A DNA stretch of 64,000 nucleotides, taken from NCBI GenBank assembly GCA_964016885.1, contig OZ024740.1:354578001-354642000 (forward strand), written 5' to 3'. Origin of the DNA: Eledone cirrhosa (lineage: Eukaryota). Within the stretch, counting starts at the first letter, position 1. The number at the start of each line of letters is the position of its first letter. A model generated the notes under the pieces. The model saw nothing but the letters and a program-made list of their open reading frames with translations. It ran no database searches and had not been told where the DNA came from. Positions 13,146 to 26,454 of this stretch are shown here, in pieces. A program made the translations under genes and the position numbers.

Positions 13146-13252
13146 ATAATTGCCTTATGTTGTTTATTACATAATAATAATAATTAAGCTCTGTTGCATA
13201 CATAGAGCACTCTTTTTTCCTGGACTTTTCCGATGGAATTACTTCATTTATA

Positions 13253-13294
<42 letters not shown>

Positions 13295-13356
13295 CATACA
13301 CATACAAATATATACATATACATATATATATACATATACATATACATATACATATA

Positions 13357-13388
<32 letters not shown>

Positions 13389-13391
13389 CAT

Positions 13392-14880
13392 ATGACCCTG
13401 ATAAGAAGGTAGCTTGGAAGTGTCACTATGAAAGGCTACTAAATAAGGAGAATAAATGGGAGAAAGACAGTCTCCCCCACATCGATCCAATAGAGGGACA
13501 AGCAGTGCAATTTGAAGGTAGTATAATAAGTAAGGCAATCAAAGATATGAAGACGGGTAAGGCGGCTGGGCCTTCGGAAATAGTTGCTGAAATGCTGAAA
13601 GCATCTGGAACGGTGGGACACACTATGGTCACCCGGATAGTAAACCAAGTCATACAGAATGGGGTCGTATCGAAGGACTGGCGTAGCAGCATCATCATTA
13701 ACTGCTACAAGGGTAAAGGAGATGCCCTAGATAGGGGAAAATATAGAGGCATTAAATTAATTGACCAGGTCATAAAGGTCACAGAAAGAGTTATAGCGCA
13801 ACTAATCAGAGAGCAAATTGATCTGGATGAAATGCAGTTCGGGTTTGTGTCAGGTAAAAGTACCACAGACGCTCTTTTCATTGTACGACAACTACAGGAG
13901 AAGTACCTAGCTAAAAATAAATCCCTATACTTAGCCTTTGTTGACTTGGAGAAAGCCTTTGACAGAGTCCCACACCCCATTATCTGGTAGGTTCTCAGAA
14001 AACTAGGTGTTGATGAATGGCTTGTGAGAGCTATACAAGCCATGTATAAAGAAACAGTCAGCAAGGTTAGAATTAACAACGAATATAGTGAAGAGTTTAG
14101 CGTAAAAGTTGGTGTTCATCAGTGCTCCATCCTTAGCCTCCTCCTATTTATTATTGCCCTTCAGGCTATATCAGAGGAGTTCAAGACCATGGGAACTCCT
14201 ATACGCTGATGATCTAATGCTTATAGCTGAATCAATGGCTGAACTAGAGAAGAAATTCCAAACATGGAAGCACGGCCTAGAATCAAAAGGCCTTAAAATT
14301 AACCTGGCTAAGACTAAAGTTCTAGTTTGTAGGAAGGAAAATAGGGCGCCGGTCCCATCTGGGAAATGGCCATGCTCAGTGTGTAGGAAAGGAGAAGGCA
14401 GAAACTCCTTTTTATGTCCCAAATGCAAAGTATGGGTGCATAAAAGATGTAGTGGGATCACAGGTAAGCTAACTAAGAACATAGATTTTATATGTGGCCG
14501 GTGCTCAGGTGCAATATGTAGCAGCAAGTGCCCATAGAATACTAGCCCATTCCATTGCACAGATGGTTCTATAGAAATAGTGGACACCTTCCGTTACCTG
14601 GGTGACATAATCAGCAGTGGTGGAGGGTGCTCTGAAAGTACAGTAGCTAGAGTCAGAACGGGATGGAAAAAGTTCAAAGAGCTTATACCACTATTGGCCG
14701 CTAAAGGGTTCTCTCTAAAAATGAAAGGCAGGCTGTATGATGCCTGCATACGAACAGCAATGTTACATGGCAGTAAGACTTGGGCATTGTGTGTAGAGGA
14801 TCTATGCAGACTGGAGAGGAACGAAGCTTGCATGCTCCGTTGGATGTGTAATAGTAATATACGTGAATGGCAAAGCATAA
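13392..14880 (+). mobile_element. RTE LINE (PHD-in-RT family), 5'-truncated pseudogene
   Basis: [41 protein letters not shown] motifs, with stops and frameshifts. Confidence 0.95.
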
Positions 14881-15296
14881 CTTTACATTGAAAGGGGTGG
14901 TGTGGATGGGGTGGGGTGGTGGGACGGAGGTGTATTTTTGTTAGAGGTGTTTACTGACTGTAGATTTCGTTTTGCACTTAGGGAAGGTGGGTCTTCTGTA
15001 TTACTGCGTAGCGCCAATGATATCGGTCCAGTGACATTGTCTTGGAAAGGTGTAAGTGTGTGAGGTCGGAATTTATCAAGTCATCCCAGGTTTTTCTGGG
15101 TCTGCCTACTCCATGGCTACCGTCTATTTTGATCGCCCTGCACTTTTTTATACAGCTGTCGTCTTTCATGCGCATCACGTAACCATACCAACGTAGTCTT
15201 CTCTTGAGTAAACAACATCTGATCCCTCTTATTCCTAATTTCTCCCTTAGTTCATTCATGCTTTGCCATTCACATATATTACTATTACACATCCAA
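14881..15296 (-). mobile_element. Inverted 3' part of the same RTE family
   Basis: ORF 14978-15292 RLRWYGYVMRM..GRPRKTWDD; junction microhomology CATAA. Confidence 0.9.
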
Positions 15297-15307
15297 TAGA
15301 CATATAT

Positions 15308-17482
15308 AGGGACCGGGTAAATCTAGATGAGATGCAGTTTGGGTTTGAGCCAGGCAAAACCACCACTGATGTTCTCTTCCTTGTGAGGATGTTACAGGAA
15401 AAGTACCTAGCTAAAAGTAAGCCACTTTACCTGGAATTTGTCAATCTGGAAAAGCTTTTGACAGAGTGCACCATGCTATAATCTGGTGGGCTCTTACAAA
15501 ACTAGGAGTAGATGAATGGATTGTGAAGGCTGTACAAGCCATGTATAGGGGAGCAGTATCAAAGTTATGGTTAACAATGACTACAGTGAGGAATTTAGCA
15601 TACAGGTCAGTGTCCACCGGGACTCTGTTTTAGCACTCTCCTGTTTATTATCATATTGCAGGCTATAACAGAGGAGTTTAAGACCGGATGCTCATGGGAA
15701 CTTCTGTACTCAGATGATCCTACACTTATAGCTGAATCTATGGTGGAACTAGAGAAGAAATTCCAACATGGAAGCAAAGCCTAGAAAAAGGGGTCTCAAA
15801 GTCAACCTGCCAAAGATTAAGTAGATGAGAAAACAGAACCCAGATCCTCTCAGGGAAATGTGGTCAACAGCTATGGTCAACACAAAGAGAGAAAGACAGA
15901 AAACGACAAACAAAAATGTGAACTTTTCTCTAAATATATGTATGTAAACCATGTTATTTTTTTTCCCCATATCGTTATTAATATACACCTCCATCGCATG
16001 AAGAAGCCTATAAGCTGAAACCGCTACGAATAATATGGAAATTCCTATTTTGTAAATAAATATTTTGCTGTTATTCTGAGAGAAAATCCCTTTAACATTT
16101 TCTACTGTTTTTTTTCTTTTTTACTATTATATATATCAACTCGTGTGTCACTTCTCTACATTCTAAATATATAGCAGTTTAAAACGGGATGCCCATGGGA
16201 ACGTCTGTACGCAGATAATCTTACACTTATAGCTGAATCTATGGTGGAACTAGAGAAGAAATTCCAAACATGGAAGCAGGGACTAGAAAGAAGGGGTCTC
16301 AAAGTCAACCTGACAAAGACTAAGGTCCTCATAAGTAGACGAGAAAATAGAACCCAAATCCCCACAGTAAAATGGCCTTGCTCAGTATGTAGGAACAGTG
16401 TAGGTAGGAATTCCATCCTCTGCCCCAAATGCAAACTATGGGTACACAAAGAGATGCAATGGGATCTCAGGAAGTTTAGTTTAAAATGTAGGCTTTACAT
16501 GTAGCAGCTGCACTGGGACAGTAAGCAGCAAATGGCTACAGGAAACAAGCACTACCAAACTCTGGGAGGGCTCTGTAGAAAGACAGCTTCTGCTACATAG
16601 GTGACCAAATTAGCAGTGGAGGTGGGTGTTCTGAAAGTACAGTAACCAGGGTAAGAACGGGATGGAAGAAATTCAGGGAGCTATTACCACTGCAAAGGCT
16701 TTTCCCTTATTAGCTGCAAAAAGCTTTTCCCTCAAAACGAAAGGCAGACTGTATGATGCGTGCATATGAACAGCAATGTTACATGGTGGTGAGACCTGGG
16801 CCCTGTGTGTAGAAGACTTGCGTAGATTAGTAAGAAACGAAACTTGCATGCTCCGATGGATGTGTAATAGTAATATACGCAAATGGCAAAGCATAAACGA
16901 ATTGAGAGAGAGACTAAGCATCAGAGGAATCAAATGCTGTGTGCAGGAGAAGAGGTTGTGTTGGTATGGACATGTGATGTGTATGAAGGATGACAGCTGC
17001 ACAAAAAGGTGCAGAGCATTAAAAGTCAAATGAAGTCTTGGAGTGGGGAAACCCAAGAAAACCTGAGATGAGGTGATAAAAGCTGACCTTGCCCAATTGC
17101 AACTCTCAAAGGCGATGACACAGGACCAAGACCTCTGGTGTTACACAGTAATACAGAAGACCTGACTTCCCACGGGTATAAGCCGAAGCTGAAGCATATA
17201 GACAGTAGGCCCCAACCCCCTCCCACTGTAAAGTGGTCGTGGAGGTGTCACAACAAAAATCACCCAGTCCACACTGCAAAGTGGTCATGTAGGAGCCACA
17301 GTAAAAAAGCACCCAGTACTCACTGTCAATGAGGTTGGCGTTAGGAAGGGCATCCAGCTGTAAAAATCAAGCCAAAATCAGTTCCGTATGAGCAAGGTCA
17401 CCCGACCTGGCATTGCCCACAACAGGACAACCTGTCTAACCTATGCTAGCATAGAAGAATGGACGTAAAACAGTGATGATGA
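15308..17482 (+). mobile_element. Two decayed RTE LINE fragments (15308-15865, 16175-17482), the second with 3'UTR and (GAT)n tail
   Basis: [51 protein letters not shown] 3'UTR motif, GATGAT tail. Confidence 0.9.
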
Positions 17483-17569
17483 TATAAATATATATATATA
17501 ATTACATAATATTTCATTATTTACATAAACAAGATTGACATGTTGGTATCATGATTGGTAGGTGTGTAA

Positions 17570-17885
17570 TAAGTCAGCTGGAATTTGCAGACAACATGGT
17601 GTTACTTAACTCAACAGAAGGTGATTTCCAACTTGCACTTGATAGGTTAGATGCCTAGTGCTGCATGGCTGGAATGAAAATCAGTGCTGCAAAAACACTC
17701 ATCCTCTCAAGCAAGCCTGCGCAGTGCACTCTACATGTAAATAGAGTTCCACTGAAGCAGGTGGAGAAGCTCAAGTATCAAGGACCATGTTCATGAGTGA
17801 TGGAAGGCAGAAGGCTGAATTAAGTGCAAGAATAAAGTGCAAGAATTTCAGGATCTTGTGAAGTAATGTGCCAGCTTCAGCATTC
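17570..17885 (+). mobile_element. Decayed RTE-clade RT fragment of a different family (no PHD)
   Basis: QLEFADNMVLL..QLALDRL..AGMKISAAKT..LKQVEKLKY. Confidence 0.7.
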
Positions 17886-18142
17886 TCTAATCAAACTGTT
17901 TATTTATGATGAAAATACAGGCACAACATTTATGAGGATAATCATAACAATACATATGTACAAGAATATATATCTTCATCATTTAACATCTGTCTTTCAT
18001 GCTAGCATGGGTTAGATAGGTTTGTCCCATTTTTTTTTAGGCAAGTTTAGTCGGGTGGCCGTATCTTGTTCATATAGGACTGAAATATTATGTAATTATA
18101 TATAAATAGCATCACACCAACATGGTAATACACATATATATG

Positions 18143-18184
<42 letters not shown>

Positions 18185-18270
18185 TATATCATCATCATCA
18201 TCGTTTAATTTCCATTTTTCTACACTAGCATGGGTGAGACGAGTTGTCCCATTAAGAGACAAGCCAGGTC

Positions 18271-18371
<101 letters not shown>

Positions 18372-18654
18372 ATATCATGTATGTATATATGTATATATAC
18401 TATCGTTATCAAGAACGTTTAATTTCCCTTTTTACTGCTAGCAAGGGTTGGACTATATACATATATATATTGTAGGTCAGAGAAGAAAGTAAAGCTATGT
18501 GGTGTTTGAATGGTATTTGGAGAAGACAGGGACAAAAAGGAAGAATGAGCTCCAAGAGAGAAAAGAAGTATGTGGGAGATGTAAAAGAGAAAGGAAGAAA
18601 GAAAGAGTTACAAGTTGAAAAGGGTAATTTATCTATTCTGGATCATATATATAT

Positions 18655-19394
18655 ATAAACACAAAAGATGTAGTGGCATAACAAGTAGACTAACAGGAAG
18701 GGAGAACTTTGCATATAGAAGATGCACAGGAGTAATTGCAACGATGAGTGCCAATGATATAAACCTTTTCTAGTTACAGTAAGGATCTATAGACATGGTT
18801 GATAGCTTCTGCTATCTTGTTGACCTAATTACCAGTGGAGGAGGGTGTGCCAAGATAATAATAGCTAGAATAAGAATAGGATGAAAGAAGATTAGAGAAC
18901 TGTTGACAACAAAAGGTTTCACTCTACATACAAAAGGATGGCTGTATGATGCCTGTATGCAGAGTGCAATGCTGCATAGTAGTGAAACATGGGCTGTGAC
19001 TGCAGAGGACATGTGTAGACAGGAGAGAAATAAAGCAACCATGCTTCATTGGCTATGTAATGTAAATGTGAAAGAAAGGCAGAACTTGGATGAGCTGAGG
19101 GAAAAGCTGGGCTGAAGAGGAATCCAAGGTGGTGTGTAGGAGAGAAGAGTGCATTGGAATGGATATGTGATACACATGGACAATTACCAATGGATGAAGA
19201 AATACCAGGAAATCCCAGTGGATGGAAACCGCAGTTAAGGACAACCAAGAAAGACTTGTGCAGAGGTTGTGAGAGCTGAACTCGGATGACTAAGACTGAT
19301 GAAGGCGATGACAAAAGAAGACAACAAGTAGAAGGATGCCATGCTGTGAAGGACCTCTCCAACCCATGCAAGCCTGGAAAAACAAATGTAAAAC
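18655..19394 (+). mobile_element. Decayed RTE LINE 3' fragment (subfamily like 30.6-32.3 kb)
   Basis: KGFTLHTKGWLYDACMQSAMLHSSETW; terminal CCCATGCAAGC..GGAAAA. Confidence 0.85.
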
Positions 19395-19396
19395 CG

Positions 19397-21560
19397 AATA
19401 AATGGGAGAAAGACAGTCTCCCCCACATCGATCCAATAGAGGGACCAGCAGTGCAAGTTGAAGGTAGTATAATAAGTAAGGCAATCAAAGATATGAAGAC
19501 GGGTAAGGTGGCTGGGCCTTCGGAAATAGTTGCTGAGATGCTGAAAGATCTGGAACGGTGGGACACACTATGGTCATCCAGATAGTAAACCAAGTCATAC
19601 AGAATGGGGTCGTACCGAAGGACTGGCATAGCAGCATCATCATTAACTGCTACAAGGGTAAAGGAGATGCCCTAGATAGGGGAAACTATAGAGGCATTAA
19701 ATTAATCGACTAGGTCATGAAGGTCACAGAAAAAGTAATAGCGCAACTAATCAGAGAGCAAATTGATCTGGATGAAATGCAGTTCAGGTTTGTGTCAGGT
19801 AAAAGTACCACAGACGCTCTTTTTCTTGTACGACAACTACAGGAGAAGTATCTAGCTAAAAGTAAACCCCTATACTTAGCTTTTGTTGACTTAGAGAAAG
19901 CCTTTGACAGAGTCCCCCGCTCCATTATCTCGTGGGCTCTTAGAAAACTAGGTGTTGATGAATGGCTTGTGAGAGCTATACAAGCCATGTATAAAGAAAC
20001 AGTCAGCAAGGTTAGAATTAACAACGAATATAGTGAAGAGTTTAGCGTAAAAGTTGGTGTTCATCAGGGCTCCATTCTTAGCCCCTACTATTTATTATTG
20101 CCCTTCAGGCTATAACAGAGGAGTTCAAGACCGGCTGCCCATGGGAACTCTTATACGCAGATGATCTAACGCTCATAGCTGAATCAACAACGTGTCAGGT
20201 AAAAGTACCACAGACGCTCTTTTCCTTGTACGACAACTACAGGAGAAGTATCTAGCTTTTGTTGACTTAGAGAAAGCCTTTGACAGAGTCCCCCGCTCCA
20301 TTATCTCGTGGGCTCTTAGAAAACTAGGTGTTGATGAATGGCTTGTGAGAGCTATACAAGCCATGTATAAAGAAACAGTCAGCAAGGTTAGAATTAACAA
20401 CGAATATAGTGAAGAGTTTAGCGTAAAAGTTGGTGTTCATCAGGGCTCCATTCTTAGCCTCCTCCTATTTATTATTGCCCTTCAGGCTATATCAGAAGAG
20501 TTCAAGACCATGGGAACTCCTATACGCTGATGATCTAATGCTTATAGCTGAATCAATGGCTGAACTAGAGAAGAAATTCCAAACATGTAAGCATGGCCTA
20601 GAATCAAAAGGCCTTAAAATTAACCTGTCTAAGACTAAAGTTCTAGCTTGTAGGAAGGAAAATAGGGCACAGGTCCCATCTGGGAAATGGCCATGCTCAG
20701 TGTGTAGGAAAGGAGTAGGCAGAAACTCCATTTTATGTCCCAAATGTAAAGTATGGGTTCATAAAAGATGTAGTGGGATCACATGTAAGCTAACTAAGAA
20801 TATAGATTTTATATGTGGCTGGTGCTCAGGTGCAATAAGCAATAAGTAGCAGCAAGTGCCCACAGAATACTATCTCATTCCATTGCACAGATGGTTCTAT
20901 AGAAATAGTGGACACCTTCCGTTATCTGGGTTGACAAAATCAGCAGTGGTGGAGGGTGCTCTGAAAGTACAGTAGCTAGAGTCAGAACGGGATGGAAAAA
21001 GTTCAGAGAGCTTATACCGCTGTTGGCTGCTAAAGGTTTCTCTCTAAAAATGAAAGGCAGGCTGTATGATGCCTGCATACGAACAGCAATTTTAGTGAGA
21101 CTTGGGCAGTGAGACTTGGGCATTGTGTGCAGAGGATATACGCAGACTGGAGAGGAACGAAGCTTGCATGCTCCGCTGGATGTATAATAGTAATATACGT
21201 GAACGGCAAAGCATAAATGAACTAAGGGAGAAATTAGGAATAAGAGGGATCAGATGTTGTTTACTCGAGAGAAGACTACGTTGGTACAGTCACGTGATGC
21301 GCATGAAAGACGACAGCTGTATAAAAAAAGTGCAAGGCGATAAAAATAGACGGTAGCCACGGAGTAGGCAGACCCAGAAAAACCTGGGACGACTTGATAA
21401 ATTCCGACCTCACACACTTACACCTCTCCAAGACAATGTCACTGGACCAAGATCTTTGGCGCTACACAGTAACACAGAAGACCCGCCTTGCCTAAGTACA
21501 AAGCGAAACCTACTGTCAGTAGGCATCTCTAACAAAAATACCCCCCCTGTCCCACTACAA
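19397..21560 (+). mobile_element. RTE LINE pseudogene with an internal tandem duplication of part of the RT
   Basis: [15 protein letters not shown] occurs twice (about 19790-20187 and 20192 onward); PHD and C-terminus follow. Confidence 0.95.
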
Positions 21561-22559
21561 AAAAAATTCAAACCTTTTGCAAAAAAATCACAGTAGTGTT
21601 GATCATATATTTTTTTTAAATTATAATGTAATGCTCAGAAGTATTTTCTTAAAGCTTAATATTTGTAACTGACTACTAAACTGAAATATATATATATATG
21701 TGTGTGTGTTACTAGAAATAGCAGCATATATATATATATATAGGAAAATGTGTGACATCCTTGGTACAGTTAGGTATATTTGAAAAAAAGGAAAAGAATG
21801 ACTTCACTTGTAGTATTAAAACATTTTATGATTTAATGTTATAATATAATATTATAATATTATGAGTTGGTAGATCCAGTAAGTTCTTTGTTAATTTCGG
21901 TGGGAAGAATTTTAGAGATTCCTGGTTAACTTGGGTTGGAGAACTTTCTTGAATTCGTCTGTCTGTGGCGATTGTCAAACTGAGATCAGGTTGTGTTTAA
22001 ATGTGTGACTATATATGAGAGATTTGGGTGTGTCTGGGGTGTGGTGTTAATGAGTGTTGATGATGATGAAGGTCCTGAGGAATAAAAGTATACATACATA
22101 CATACACACACACACGTACACACACATACACACACACATATACATACACTCAGAAAATGGTGAGGTTGTAAGATAAAGGTGTTTGAGAAGGTAGTCGTAA
22201 ACCTACTCTCCTGCTGGTTTTATTTCATTAGCTGACCTTTGATGAGTTTATAATGGCATAGCTGAATCAACTCTTCCAAATCTATAAAGAATATCTTCTA
22301 CAGATTTCTATATCAAAGCTGAATTTAGGTGCTTGTCTGGGTTTTAATGAGGTGTAAGATACATGTCTTTTGATAAGAATGGGATGATAGGAAAAAGAGA
22401 AAAGAAGGATAGTTTGGGAATATTTGTCAAAGAAGTGTTGTTGATATCCGTCTGGGAGAGGAAGTGTGGGGGGACATGCTGGCTCACATATTCACTTCCC
22501 TATATGTAAATGTATGTATCTACAGTCCATATATACTATATACAAACACATATCAACAC

Positions 22560-22592
<33 letters not shown>

Positions 22593-23492
22593 TTAATAAA
22601 AACAATGAAATAAAAACAAAGAACAGGTTCCTTATATTGAAAAATTCATCAATGTTACGATCGTTTCTGGAATATATGTCCGTTGGTATGTATATCATGT
22701 TAAAGATCTATGTAAAAAAATATTACAAATTATCAGAGGAGATATACATACATTCACCTATACATGATGAAATGATGAAATATGTTTATTGAAAGAAACA
22801 AAGTTTTGAATTGACCAATAGAAGAGAGTTAGAGGTCAAGTTGATAGAATTACAGTAGTAGAACTTGGTGCTAGGAGTGGAGGAGTGTAAATTTATGCTT
22901 TGAATGAAAAGAATACAATGGGGAAGAGAAAGATAGGGGTTAAAATGAGATCAAATCAAGGAGATAGTGAAGGAGTCCCAGAAAATTTGATGTTATTATG
23001 CTGTTAAAAGCGAAGGGAAAGAAATTTGTGGGATGAGAGTGTTAGTGAGAAATACTAATCTTATTTAAATTTCAAGGAACCTAGATACATAAAAGGAAAT
23101 TAAATTAATTGATAGGTATACTTACAGGGTTAAAATTATATTAATTCTTATGAATGTGATAAATAAAGAAGTAAAAAAATGAAAACATAAAAAATATATA
23201 TAGAAAAACTGAAATAGATATAATTTTATAAAAAGTAGTTTATCTATCTAAACATCCATAATATTAAAGATATTAATTATATTTAATAATCCTAGGAATT
23301 AAATGTGATAAATAGGGGATGCGGTTAAAAGAAGTAGTGAGGTTAAAGATAACTTTACGTAAATTGAGCTGTAAGAAGGGAATAAAATTATGAAATTCTC
23401 TGTAGTAAATTTATAATTATAGGTCAACTAAATAAAAAAAAAAGTTTTAAATTAATCATAATGATTTGTAAAATATAAGAGTGAGGTATATA

Positions 23493-25120
23493 CTAATTAA
23501 GTTTATAATATTTGAAGGTTTTTCTAATTCTATGATTGCATGATATAATTAACTTCTGTAGCTTATTTAATAGGGTATCATTAGATTTCATGATTTCAAA
23601 TAGTTCTTGGCAGCATAACCTACACTCATATCTGCTATTTTGATAAGGGGTGGCCCTTTTGAGCACGCTCCAGGTCAGGTTGTAATCAATATCCCTCTTT
23701 CTATAATTATTAATTGTTTCAGCCAAGGAGGTTGTATTAACTAATGCAGCATTTTTAAAACTATGTTTGTGGGTATTAAATCTTACTTTAAATTGGTTAG
23801 ACGTAGCTCCTATATAGGATTGAGTGGAGTCCTTAGTACTAATTACATATTTATAGACTATGTTATTAATAAGACAATTTCCCTTTAATGGGCAATTTCT
23901 TTTGATTCTACAGTTACAGCCATTCGTATATATTGTATCAGGAGAGTTAATTGTGTTATCTATAGTGGTATTAGTGTTACTATTTTCATTAATGTATGGT
24001 TTAGAATGGGTTGTAATTAGATTAGTATGGTTAGACAGATTGTTGGTAGGTGATAGTTTAGGGGATGTGGAGCTAGTAGAGTTATGTTAGTCAAAAATTG
24101 ATGTGGAGTTATAGGTGAAGAAGAAGGTGGTTTGTTTTGGTTTATTTTAGTATTATTATGGTTGGTTTGATGTGTTGGTGGTATATTAATGGGTTTTTTA
24201 CACTTATATGTGTTGTATATTCTTATATTAGCACTTATATTCTGTTGTATATTCTTATAGCACTTATATTCTGTTGTATATTCTTAGTAGTGGAGTAGGA
24301 AAATTTGACAGTAGATCTGTTTAAAATTTGATGGTATTTATGGTTTGGTGGAAAGTTTTTCTCTAGTATAGCAAAGAATTTTTTAGGGATATGGTCTTTA
24401 ATCTGTAGATTAAATGGAGCATTATACCAAGTAACTCGTCTATTACGGTTTCAACATTGTTTCTTATATTTATATGATGTATCGGGAGGTTTACTGAGAG
24501 AGTTACTATTAGTGATTCTATTATATATAGGTTTAGTTAGATTAATTGATTTAGGTGTTTTCGTCTGATTACTAGGAATTTTGTTAGTTATGTTGTTGAC
24601 ATATGTTAGATTATTAGCGGGACTGGTTTTTTTAAAGTCATTATCTTTTATGTGAGAAAAGGTAGAGAAATTAAGTTCTGGGTTGGTGTTTTTTAGGTGT
24701 AGTATGAGTGTCATTTAGGTGTGGGTTTTTCATTTGGTGTTTGTTGGTAATATTAGGTTGTATGTTTGAAATATTATTGGTGCAAGGTATATAGACTAAT
24801 TTGTTCTTGTGGCCGCTTCTAGCTAAAGCTTCATTATAAAAGGGCGCGTTTTTATCGAATACATCCTGGTTAGATGAAAGGTTAGAAATTCTGAGTAAGA
24901 TATTATATGCTAGGTTTTTAAGGATAGATCTCGGGTGATTGGATTGTGAGTGTATGTAATGTAAGTTTTGGTTAGGTTTATGGTAAGGTTGGTAGATACC
25001 CGTAGATAAGTCCATAGTTATATCTAGGAAATTGACTATCTTACTGGTGTTTTCAAATGTAATAGTGAGATTATAATAGTCTTTCAGGAAAGTTCTAAGT
25101 TTTTATTTCTTTCAATTTCT
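23493..25120 (-). mobile_element. Penelope-like element resembling the Naiad clade (RT thumb, linker, C-terminal GIY-YIG), decayed; probable AT-rich 3' region down to about 22590
   Basis: NFLDITMDLSTGIYQPYHKPN..YIHSQSNHP; VTWYNAPF; CNC..CPLKGNCL..IVY..YIGATSNQFKVRFNTH..SF; LTWSVL..Y..CRLC..LLN..CNH. Confidence 0.88.
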
Positions 25121-25490
25121 GATAGGCTAAGATTGGACACTACCGTTTATTTTGGTAGATTTATCTACATATATATATATATTACACACACACATATACG
25201 CATACACACCCATACACATATACATATACGCACATATATACACACACACATACACATATATATATATATATATACACACATACATATATATATATATATA
25301 TACATATATGTGCACACACATACCTACACATATATACACACATATATATATATATACATATAAACATACACATACCTACACATATATACACACACACATA
25401 CATATACACATACATACACATACCATATATATACACATACCATATATATATATATACACTACATATATGCACACATATATATATATATAA

Positions 25491-25692
25491 CAAAGGAATT
25501 GTGGTAAGGAACCAGTTGGACCATAACGTGCCAGAGTACTCAATACTTAGGGTAGTAGAGTGGGAAATAGGAAAAAGTATGACCCCGACGGCAGAGCGCA
25601 AGCCGTTTCGACGGCTATTTCTGGACTAAATAGCCGTCCATAAATAGCTGTCGAAACGGCTTGAGCTCTGCCGTCGGGGTCATACTTCTTCC

Positions 25693-25695
<3 letters not shown>
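25491..25695 (-). mobile_element. Short fold-back copy of the 11857-12930 family: hammerhead 3' half on both arms plus tail
   Basis: Arms 25567-25620 and 25642-25695 contain TAGCYGTC-GAAA-CGGC..GCCG-TC-GGGGTC; tail 25491-25565 matches 11860-11932. Confidence 0.85.
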
Positions 25696-25723
<28 letters not shown>

Positions 25724-25800
25724 CACATATATATACATACACCAAACACATATATACATATTATACAAACACACATATATATATATTTATATATATACAT

Positions 25801-26079
25801 GTGTGTAACGGTAGCTATGGTGCTTCCATAGGCGGTATGCCAAAATTAGCACTCAATATTCATACAGAGCAGAGTGTGAATAGTATAAAAAAACGAAAAA
25901 TCAGTGATGCATCTGGACTCAGTTTGCTCCGAACGAACTACCCGTGTCCGAAGGAACCTGCAGCCGTAGAATCAGCCAGATCCATACAGGGACCATGTCT
26001 CGAGCTACCTGCTGGCAAAACAATTGTAACACGCAATAAACTGAGTCCAGATGCATCACTGATTTTTCTTTTTTTTATA
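25801..26079 (-). mobile_element. Small element with 42-bp inverted arms and one-sided tail in (TA)n
   Basis: Arms 25884-25925 and 26038-26079; tail carries ATATTGAGTGC on the minus strand. Confidence 0.75.
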
Positions 26080-26330
26080 ATATATATATATATATATATA
26101 TATACATACACACACACCCATATACACACATATATATGTATATATATATACATACATATACACACACACATATATATATATATCCTATACATACATACAC
26201 ATATATACACACATATATATATACATATATACATATATATATATCTCACTTACATACAAATATATATTTTCTACATACATACATATACATATATACATAT
26301 ACATATATACATACACACACACACATACAT

Positions 26331-26385
<55 letters not shown>

Positions 26386-26454
26386 TAAACGGAATAGAAA
26401 ATGCTGACAAATTGTTCATAGTTGAAAAATGGTTTAATTAGGAATAAAGTAGTA

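Larger units (their letters stand above)
12967..13250. mobile_element. Fold-back element: 106-bp inverted arms plus one-sided tail
   Basis: Arms 12967-13072 and 13076-13181, 3-nt spacer, (TA)n flanks. Confidence 0.9.

Noticed and set aside
23493-25120. Selenocysteine recoding in the Naiad-like element
   Set aside because: The conserved Cys positions I checked use ordinary Cys codons; no SECIS recognised
25127-26441. YI/HT/CV-rich ORFs here and elsewhere
   Set aside because: Translations of (TA)n and (CA)n microsatellites
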